From a virus: DNA of 64,000 nt. Made by a program: the position numbers and the translations under genes. The first letter of the stretch is position 1. Each line of letters begins with the position of its first letter. Below are positions 8,905 through 16,372 of the stretch, one piece after another. Below the pieces are notes generated by a model, which saw only the letters and a list, made by a program, of their open reading frames with translations, had not been told where the DNA came from and did no database searches. Location of the stretch: the IMG/VR virus record IMGVR_UViG_3300020463_002275, positions 32,001-96,000 of that record. One strand, written 5' to 3'.

Positions 8905-10014
8905 CTATTTCCTTTTAGGTATCTTTGAATCTGCTGAACTTACACAACTTTTAGTAATACACGTTTTAGGTGTCTTAAACAGTTCGAAACCTGTTTCTAT
9001 GTTGCCTAGTGGTGCATCATGGCACGAATAACTCCTTTTTACGCTACCGTCTGGCTCGCGTATTATAAGTCCGCTAAAACCGGCGTTACACCGCCATCCT
9101 TCGAAATTATTGAAATTAAAGGCATTAAAACGTTCTGCTTGGTCCATATACCACTTTTTACCATTAGAATCTTTTAGTTCTACTTGCATATGCCAAGGAA
9201 CACTGGCATCATTTTTTCCTTCTACTCCATGAGGTATTTGGAATGAGGCTTTCGGTCTTTCTGCCCAGACTCTCTTACTTTCTGTGTATCCTCTTTGTGG
9301 CATTCCGTTCCAGAGTCTTTTAAGATCTTCCTCCTTGTATCCTTCAACCACTCTTGAGGCTGTTGGATCGGACTGAGGTTTAAGAGTGACATTGATACCA
9401 CGTTCGTGGAAGAAGAGAGCGTTTTCCCAATCCCTTTCAAAGTGTTCAGGCACCATGACCTGATTAATTGTAACTTGTACATCATGTTCTTGACACAAGA
9501 TCAATTTGTCTGCAAAGTCTTGCATCTTCTCCTTACTGTTTACGTGTTCTACATGCAGACTTGCGGTTATGCTTGCTCTATGAAATGGTTTAGCATATTC
9601 AACATAAGTGTTAAACCATTTCATAGGTCGGCTACAATTACTAGTCATATGAATACTAGTATAATTTGTATTAGATACATCGTCGGCTAGATACTTTAAT
9701 ATATCCAAGTATCCAGGATGGAATGTAGGTTCTCCCCCTGACAGGGAGAAGTGAAAACTGTTGAAACCGTTGTCTCTGGCTTGACGTTTAATCTCATCCA
9801 CTGTTCGCAAGCATAACTCGGTAGGACGGTGGTCTTTACGATCGCTTCTTGCGTAAGGCCAACAGTAGGAACATCTATAGTTACAGAACCTTCCGAGTAG
9901 CCAGGATACAGTAAATAAATCACGATAAAGCAAAGTGCGTTGACCCACAGAGACAATATCGCCAAACGGGATCTTTGTAAAATCATAATTGCTCCATTTT
10001 AAATCTTCTGTCAT
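8905..10014 (-). CDS. Radical SAM enzyme with C-terminal twitch/SPASM-like Cys region
   Basis: FCNYRCSYC (CxxxCxxC), LSGGEPT, TSN; C-terminal CNAG...EPDGSVKRSYSC...GN...CITKSC. Confidence 0.9.
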   Translation of the reverse strand: MTEDLKWSNYDFTKIPFGDIVSVGQRTLLYRDLFTVSWLLGRFCNYRCSYCWPYARSDRKDHRPTELCLRTVDEIKRQARDNGFNSFHFSLSGGEPTFHPGYLDILKYLADDVSNTNYTSIHMTSNCSRPMKWFNTYVEYAKPFHRASITASLHVEHVNSKEKMQDFADKLILCQEHDVQVTINQVMVPEHFERDWENALFFHERGINVTLKPQSDPTASRVVEGYKEEDLKRLWNGMPQRGYTESKRVWAERPKASFQIPHGVEGKNDASVPWHMQVELKDSNGKKWYMDQAERFNAFNFNNFEGWRCNAGFSGLIIREPDGSVKRSYSCHDAPLGNIETGFELFKTPKTCITKSCVSSADSKIPKRK

Positions 10015-10020
10015 GATATT

Positions 10021-10049
10021 ATTATACGATAAATATGATTATATGTCAA
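10021..10049 (-). promoter_or_regulatory. Consensus sigma70 promoter; probably gives a leaderless transcript of the 8905-10014 radical SAM gene
   Basis: Minus strand: TTGACA (10049-10044), 17 nt, TATAAT (10026-10021). The usual ~7-nt offset puts +1 at about 10014, the A of the ATG, and there is no Shine-Dalgarno. Confidence 0.8.
10029..10035 (+). promoter_or_regulatory. Candidate phage late promoter (ATAAATA) for the nitroreductase gene
   Basis: Same motif as found upstream of the structural genes; lies 55 nt upstream of ATG 10090, which has a GGAG RBS. Confidence 0.5.
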
Positions 10050-10089
10050 GCACAACATACATATACTTATTAATACGGAGAATTTTAAT

Positions 10090-10680
10090 ATGAAGGATAT
10101 GATTAGACTGGCTAGAACTGTAGAACGCTGTCAAAGGAATTTTGATCATACGAAAAGAATACCTAATAAACATGTAAAATACATTTTGAACTGTGCTACT
10201 AGTATGCCTACAAAACAGCAACAAAATTTTTATAACATTACAGTTATAGAAGAAGAGCCTCTTGCAAGAGAGTTTTATACTACTTGTTCTATTGCAGACG
10301 GTGAAGAATGGAGGAATAGCCAAACTTATGCTCCATTAGTTTTATTATATTCGACTTACCCGAAATATAACAGATATGAGCCATATAATGATATAGCGAT
10401 GTCTATAGGGCTCAGTTCAGGAGCCGCCGCACTTGCCGCCGCCAATTTGGGATATAAAACAGGTTTTTGTAAATGCATCGACGAACATCTAACAAATGCA
10501 TTTGTTTGGGATCATTTTCGTAAAAAAGTATGGGATCCAACACTGGCAGTAGGAATAGGACATTCTTTAGAAGGATTCGACAGAACTGAAGGTGTATTAG
10601 ATGGTGAAGTAAAATATCAAGCAGAATCCAATGGAGACAAAGAAATTAAAATTTTTAGACGTCCGCGGCCATCTCCTTAA
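10090..10680 (+). CDS. Nitroreductase-family flavoprotein
   Basis: R-T-V-E-R-C-Q-R-N-F (FMN-phosphate R..R.F), MPTKQQ, AAALAAANLGYKTGF, LAVGIG; RBS ACGGAG. Confidence 0.7.
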   Translation: MKDMIRLARTVERCQRNFDHTKRIPNKHVKYILNCATSMPTKQQQNFYNITVIEEEPLAREFYTTCSIADGEEWRNSQTYAPLVLLYSTYPKYNRYEPYNDIAMSIGLSSGAAALAAANLGYKTGFCKCIDEHLTNAFVWDHFRKKVWDPTLAVGIGHSLEGFDRTEGVLDGEVKYQAESNGDKEIKIFRRPRPSP

Positions 10681-11839
10681 TTGTTGTCCAAATAGTTTTA
10701 CCATTCAAACTTCCAATATCTTTTTTGAAAACAGGTTCTAAGTGTTTTGTTCTTTGTGTAAATATTTCTTTTGCATCTTGTTCATGTAATGCTTTAGGAC
10801 TACAAAGACCACAACCACAATGAAACTTAGGACATCTAATTACAGGCATCTTTCCACTGCGTAACGATTTTCTTAGTTTATCTATTATTGGTTTAAAATT
10901 ACTTGCTTTTCCAATTGGTCCTATTTCACCATCCATATTAACTTGACATGTTTGATGATGCCACACGCCGTCAAGTTCGCTGTTAATAAAAAGAAAGTCC
11001 CAGTTTACCATACAATGCCAACCATGAAAATTAGTTGTAGGTACTCTAAAATCTCTAGACCATTTATCGGCTACTTTAATATTTAGACACTTACCATTAC
11101 AGCACGGTCTACCAATAGTTTCAAGAGAGGTTTTTTTCTGTGCCATATGCATGGTATTTTTTACAGGTTTCGGTTTTAGTTTCTTAGTCCACTGATTTTT
11201 AAAATACTCTAATTGCTTATCTGTATATGCATGTGCAGTACCGTCTAATAAATCAGATTTATTATTACTATCACCTATGGGTCTGCTAGTATATGTTATA
11301 CCTAACTCGTCAAACCATTCCGCTAATTCAATACACTCTTCAAAATAATCTTTGTGAAACATATGATTAATTCTAAAATTATATCCGCTTTCATGCATTA
11401 ATTTTATATTTTCTATTACTAATTTTTTCTGCTCCGGAGTGCCTTCAGCATGATAACTTAATGTAGTGCTATTAATACATTCCATAATCTGCTTGCAACG
11501 CTTTGCTGTATAACATCCGTTTGTTGTAATATTAGACCTTATAAATGGATATGTTTCTTTAGCATATTGCACAAATTTAAAAAACGCAGGATGTATTGTT
11601 GGTTCACCGCCTGTGTATGCAATATCTAATTTAAGAGGATCTTTTCTATATAAGTCTAATAATTGTGCATACTCTACAATTCCGTCTAATGTATGTTTGA
11701 GTACGTTTATATCGACTAGTGGACTTGTTTTGTTACTGTGATGTGGTCCGCAATAACTACATGCGTAAGTGCATCTTCTGCCTAAATCCCATACTACGCT
11801 AAAATCTTCTTTCCGCGTATGGTTAATAGCGTTTAGCAC
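10655..11839 (-). CDS. Radical SAM enzyme with Cys-rich C-terminus
   Basis: RCTYACSYC, YTGGEPT, TTNG; C-terminal CPKFHCGCGLC; GTG start with upstream GGAG. Confidence 0.9.
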   Translation of the reverse strand: MLNAINHTRKEDFSVVWDLGRRCTYACSYCGPHHSNKTSPLVDINVLKHTLDGIVEYAQLLDLYRKDPLKLDIAYTGGEPTIHPAFFKFVQYAKETYPFIRSNITTNGCYTAKRCKQIMECINSTTLSYHAEGTPEQKKLVIENIKLMHESGYNFRINHMFHKDYFEECIELAEWFDELGITYTSRPIGDSNNKSDLLDGTAHAYTDKQLEYFKNQWTKKLKPKPVKNTMHMAQKKTSLETIGRPCCNGKCLNIKVADKWSRDFRVPTTNFHGWHCMVNWDFLFINSELDGVWHHQTCQVNMDGEIGPIGKASNFKPIIDKLRKSLRSGKMPVIRCPKFHCGCGLCSPKALHEQDAKEIFTQRTKHLEPVFKKDIGSLNGKTIWTTIKEMAADV

Positions 11840-12521
11840 TTAAATCTCCTTTAGGAATATCGGTAGAACCAAATCCTATGATTGCTCGTTTGTATTCTGT
11901 ACTTGTTTCTAAAAGTTCTTTGCTAGATAGATACCAACTGCTACTATGCCATCTTGCAGTATCAAACACCATTGCTGTGCCTAATTTCCATTCATAAACA
12001 CTTTCAACTTTTAAATCAAAATATAACCTGTGATACCATGTGCCTCTTGGATTATACTTTGCAACTTCTTCATCTAAATTTTCTGTATGTCTGTAATTAA
12101 TAATTTCACCATTGTCAGTATACTTCATATTACCATCTTTGTATATTGCTTTTCTAGGTTTATGTTCTACTCTATCGTAATTTACTGTGTAGGGTTGTTT
12201 ACAGTTCCATTCTAAAGGTATTATTACTCCTACATCAACTCTACAATCAGTTGTATCGTCCCAAGGTACAGTAGTAAAATCAGTATGTAATCCAGCAGGC
12301 TCTCCACTATGAAAATATTGAAACTTCCAATCAAATTTACCAAGTCCTAAAGAATCAGAAAAATAATTTCCAATGTGTTCGTTTATGTTTTTAGGTGTAT
12401 CAACAAAGTAATTTAAATTAAACTTACCTGTGTATTTAATTTTATCAGAAAGAAATGCTTCCTGGGCCAATTCTTTGTAATAATTTATATCTAAATTTAT
12501 ATCGTAACTTCCATATTGCAT
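11823..12521 (-). CDS. Fe(II)/2OG dioxygenase
   Basis: FQYFHSGEPAGLHTD (HxD), VIIPL, FDTARWHSS (His), KRAII. Confidence 0.7.
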   Translation of the reverse strand: MQYGSYDINLDINYYKELAQEAFLSDKIKYTGKFNLNYFVDTPKNINEHIGNYFSDSLGLGKFDWKFQYFHSGEPAGLHTDFTTVPWDDTTDCRVDVGVIIPLEWNCKQPYTVNYDRVEHKPRKAIYKDGNMKYTDNGEIINYRHTENLDEEVAKYNPRGTWYHRLYFDLKVESVYEWKLGTAMVFDTARWHSSSWYLSSKELLETSTEYKRAIIGFGSTDIPKGDLSAKRY

Positions 12522-13444
12522 TATATACGCTCTTCTCTTTCAACTTTATTTAATCCTTTGTCTGTACCACGTTCATCAAATACACCTTCAATTAAAAACC
12601 GTAAAGGTGTACGCACACCAAATTGATGCTTACCGTCCGCATCACTTATCCATCCTACATGAATACTATCTGATTCTTGTAAATTAAAATCTGCACACAC
12701 TTTTGTATATAAATTTTCATAATTACTCCACCAAAAATCTGTACCAAAATGTTGCATTGCTTCTGCTCCTAGCCACATATCACTTACATTTGCATAAGCA
12801 AAATCGTTCATAATAGCAATAGGTCCATTTACACGTTCTCTAGTATAGCGTATGCCAATACGTTGACTGCCCATACCAAGTGCTTTTGATAAACTTACAC
12901 TAACACTTTTAACAGCAGGATGTGTAACATCAAATTCAAAATTTCTACATTGTCCAAACCATGCTCCATCAATGTGTACTGGAATGTCATGTCTGTCGCA
13001 ATGATCTAACAACTTGTCAAAATCCTTATGATAATTTGTAGTGATACAACTAGGATAACTTACTATGAAAACATCACCTTTTTTAAGATCACTATAATGA
13101 GTAATTTGATTTACAGTAAAGTCTGTTAAGCGTCTATGATACTTGTATTCACCTTTGTATACTGTTATATTACGTCCATACAGTTGATGTAATTCATCTA
13201 ATTGGTGTGTAGTTCCTAAAATTGCATCTCTACGTACAAAAGTGTTTAATCCTTTGTACTGCACACGTTTATGTGCGTTAATCCATTCGTCGATAATTTG
13301 TAAAAATATTTTTGTATACTCATGAGGATCTTTTGGATATCTTTGCATATCTAAATTTTCTCTAAATTTGGTAAACTTGCTAAGGTACATAGGCCTTTGC
13401 CGTCTGGTACCTAGCATTTCAAATGTTATATCTTCATACTTCAT
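12521..13444 (-). CDS. Short PLP-dependent fold-type-I enzyme, about 307 aa
   Basis: GTTHQL, HIDGAW, SLSKALGMGSQRIG. Start at ATG 13444 (ATGA overlap with the upstream stop). Confidence 0.8.
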   Translation of the reverse strand: MKYEDITFEMLGTRRQRPMYLSKFTKFRENLDMQRYPKDPHEYTKIFLQIIDEWINAHKRVQYKGLNTFVRRDAILGTTHQLDELHQLYGRNITVYKGEYKYHRRLTDFTVNQITHYSDLKKGDVFIVSYPSCITTNYHKDFDKLLDHCDRHDIPVHIDGAWFGQCRNFEFDVTHPAVKSVSVSLSKALGMGSQRIGIRYTRERVNGPIAIMNDFAYANVSDMWLGAEAMQHFGTDFWWSNYENLYTKVCADFNLQESDSIHVGWISDADGKHQFGVRTPLRFLIEGVFDERGTDKGLNKVEREERI

Positions 13445-14136
13445 ACTATGCGTCCAAAACCCCAATATCTTTCTAAACAAAAAAAGCATTCTCCACAATG
13501 CAAATGATTGCCTTTATCATCTAATAATTCATAAGGCGCATTTTCACAACTAAAAGTATAAGGATATAATTTTTCCATCATATCTAATTCTTCATACGCA
13601 CTTGCAGTACCTTTTTTGTCAGTAGCACCAAAAACTCTATATGGATTTGTGTTAGGATGTGAAATATTATCCCTATCAGTATCTCTAATATCAAGATGCT
13701 TTTGTATTCTTGAGAAATCTAGTCCGTGCGTACTTGCATTTTCTTTAAAATAATTTTTCATTTCTAGTGGAGGTGGATTTTTTGTTAGTCCACTAAAAAA
13801 TCCTATATCGCCATATTTTTCTTTTACTTCTGCAACTAATTGTTCTTGGCCATTAGTATAATTTTTGTCACTATGTGGCACTGTTATAGTAAAATGTTCA
13901 GTAGGTTCTATTCCTGTAAGATCTTTTACAATACCTATAACACGTTTTGCGCCTGCAATATATAAATTTTTAAAATCTGTATCTAAAGTTACTACAATTA
14001 TTTTAGTATCTAAATTATTATCTTTGATATGTTTGCATAAAGCATAGTATAGGATAGAACTATCTGCTCCTCCGCTTAATTTCATTCCTATGTATTCGCC
14101 AATGTTTAAATTTTTAATCTTATCTAATATACTCAT
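13441..14136 (-). CDS. QueC-like PP-loop ATPase (paralog of 8262-8903)
   Basis: LSGGADS; SGLTKNPP (cf. TGITKDPP in the paralog); TFSCE...HCGECFFCLERYWGF. Start at ATG 14136 (ATGA overlap). Confidence 0.75.
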   Translation of the reverse strand: MSILDKIKNLNIGEYIGMKLSGGADSSILYYALCKHIKDNNLDTKIIVVTLDTDFKNLYIAGAKRVIGIVKDLTGIEPTEHFTITVPHSDKNYTNGQEQLVAEVKEKYGDIGFFSGLTKNPPPLEMKNYFKENASTHGLDFSRIQKHLDIRDTDRDNISHPNTNPYRVFGATDKKGTASAYEELDMMEKLYPYTFSCENAPYELLDDKGNHLHCGECFFCLERYWGFGRIV

Positions 14137-15029
14137 ATCCATTTCTCCACTATTGCGTCCAATTTACAAGGACATGCTTTATAATTACACACTATAGGAT
14201 CCTCTGGTAGTGTGTATGCACCCGTTTTAAGATTACCCAAACTTCCACCAACACGTTTTGTACAACGTAGCATATTGCCATCTGGTTCTACCATTAATCT
14301 TTTTATACCTGCTGTACAAGTATATCCGTTGAATATATGCTTTTGTTGATCTAATACTTTCATAAACTTTAACGGATCACCATCAAAATGTAAGTTTCGA
14401 GGTATGGTCCAATCTATACCAAATGGCTTCATTTTATGCCATGCATTATTTTGTATCCATTCTCTTTGTTCGTCAGTGTATTTAAAATAGTTTGTACCAC
14501 CTATACTAGTCCTTGTAAATTTTGGAGTTATTTCTACTTTCAGATCAGTCAACCTATAATACAAAGACTTAGCACGTTCAAAATTATCTGGTGTAATCAT
14601 AAGTGGTATACTTACACTTGCTTTATGTTGCATAATTTTTGCAACTTCATAAAAATGATCATCGTCAGCAAATTCGTTATGCCAACTTAAAAAACAAAAT
14701 GCCCTGTGTGTTCTAAACTTTTCCCAATATCTTAAAGTCCTACTTGCGTTTGTACTAAATTCTACAAAAACTGTGTCTGAACTTATAGTATCTACAAAGT
14801 CCTGGAACTTAGGCCATAGTGTAGGTTCTCCGCCTAAAACTTCTACATAAAGATACTTGTTCTTTTTTTGCATTTTTTCAATAAGATCGATGTAGGGCTC
14901 CCATTCAGTTGGCCAACGTTCACTGCCATCTCTATGATAATCGTCACAGTAACTACAATTATAATTGCATACATTATGTATAAACAACGTGATAATAGCA
15001 CAGTCTAGATTTTCATTAGTTATGTGCAT
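14133..15029 (-). CDS. Radical SAM enzyme with C-terminal twitch-like domain
   Basis: VCNYNCSYC, LGGEPT, STN; C-terminal CTAG...VEPDGNMLRC...GN...CNYKACPC. Confidence 0.9.
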   Translation of the reverse strand: MHITNENLDCAIITLFIHNVCNYNCSYCDDYHRDGSERWPTEWEPYIDLIEKMQKKNKYLYVEVLGGEPTLWPKFQDFVDTISSDTVFVEFSTNASRTLRYWEKFRTHRAFCFLSWHNEFADDDHFYEVAKIMQHKASVSIPLMITPDNFERAKSLYYRLTDLKVEITPKFTRTSIGGTNYFKYTDEQREWIQNNAWHKMKPFGIDWTIPRNLHFDGDPLKFMKVLDQQKHIFNGYTCTAGIKRLMVEPDGNMLRCTKRVGGSLGNLKTGAYTLPEDPIVCNYKACPCKLDAIVEKWI

Positions 15030-16372
15030 TAAAATAAATCCTTATATTGCGGTACAATATCTAAAATATTTTGATCACGTACTTTGTCAAGTTTTTTAGT
15101 TTGATCTACAAAATGTTCTAACCATTCCTCTGAATAGTCTTCGCTCATCATAAATTTTTCTACGCCATTTAAAACTTTTGCATAATTTCCTTTTACATGG
15201 TCACTAAAGTCTGTTGTTGCAATCCAATCCTTATGTTCTTGATAATAATCTTTTACTTGTTGTTTTAATTCAGGAGGCAAAACTTTTACATTAAAATATT
15301 TAGGACTATGACACATATGATGTGTAAGTATAGGTCTCATACCATCAATAGGATTAAATTTATCTAATCCACTTTCAGTAAGTTTCCATTTCATAAAATC
15401 TGCCATATGGAATACATTATAAGGTGTAACAGTAAACGCAAACCATGCTTTGAGATTAATTTTTTCATTTTGCTGTAGCGTCATCATATGTTTGTATACT
15501 GCATCAAACTTTGCAGGAGTGCGTTGATAGTTAAACACATCACCTATGCCATCTATACTAACACCAATTCTAATTTGTTTAAATTGTTCCCACAGATAAA
15601 CTAATCTATCAGGAACCATTGTAAGATTACTATTATATTCTAATTGTATCTGTTTACTTTTACCAGACGCTACTAAACGTTCTAAACTTTCTTGATGTTC
15701 TTTAATAATTAAAGGTTCGCCGCCAACTATATAAAGTTTTTTTGCTTTAGGCCCGTACTTTTCAAAATTACTCCAGTATCTATTATTATTTTGAAACCAA
15801 TCATATTGATCAGTATGCCACTTGCCTTTGGCATTTTTAGTAAGTTTAATTTTTTCATGTGTATCTTTGTATTCTGTTTTTCCTGTTATTGCAACAAAAT
15901 CATCATACCATTTATGACTGTCTGTAGGTCCACACATTCTACATTTTAAATTACAAAAATTACCGTATCGTACATCCATAAATTCGATTGGCAAACTTTC
16001 AGCATCAATAGTTCCATCTTCTTCAGTATGTGGTAACATTTTTTCTAAACTTATATCGCCAAACCATTTACCCCAATCGTCATTTTCATACTCACGTCTG
16101 CTACGAATACCGTTTACTTCTTCTTGTCGGCAACGTTCGCACTCAGGATGCCATTCGCCTTTCATCATTGACTTTCTTACTTCTTTTAGTATTTCTGCAT
16201 TACGTGCTTCGTTCCAATCATCTTTGCCTGCATTATACGGAGTACCATCTTCTTTAGACATGATACCACGCTTAGGACTGTAACTGTTTGTGTTACAACA
16301 AATACGCAAATCACCATTGTTACGCATGTTAATACTATTCCACGGTAATGGGCAAAAAGTACAATCACTCAT
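15029..16372 (-). CDS. Radical SAM enzyme with N-terminal SPASM/twitch-like domain
   Basis: N-terminal FCPLPW...NGDLRICC...ECERC, then CNLKCRMC, VGGEP, YNSN, SIDG. Confidence 0.9.
   Translation of the reverse strand: MSDCTFCPLPWNSINMRNNGDLRICCNTNSYSPKRGIMSKEDGTPYNAGKDDWNEARNAEILKEVRKSMMKGEWHPECERCRQEEVNGIRSRREYENDDWGKWFGDISLEKMLPHTEEDGTIDAESLPIEFMDVRYGNFCNLKCRMCGPTDSHKWYDDFVAITGKTEYKDTHEKIKLTKNAKGKWHTDQYDWFQNNNRYWSNFEKYGPKAKKLYIVGGEPLIIKEHQESLERLVASGKSKQIQLEYNSNLTMVPDRLVYLWEQFKQIRIGVSIDGIGDVFNYQRTPAKFDAVYKHMMTLQQNEKINLKAWFAFTVTPYNVFHMADFMKWKLTESGLDKFNPIDGMRPILTHHMCHSPKYFNVKVLPPELKQQVKDYYQEHKDWIATTDFSDHVKGNYAKVLNGVEKFMMSEDYSEEWLEHFVDQTKKLDKVRDQNILDIVPQYKDLF

Noticed and set aside
8262-14136. 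Calling the PP-loop genes bona fide queC and the cluster a 7-deazaguanine DNA-modification locus
   Set aside because: QueC-specific motifs were not seen, and no queD, folE or dpdA is in the window; kept only as QueC-like.
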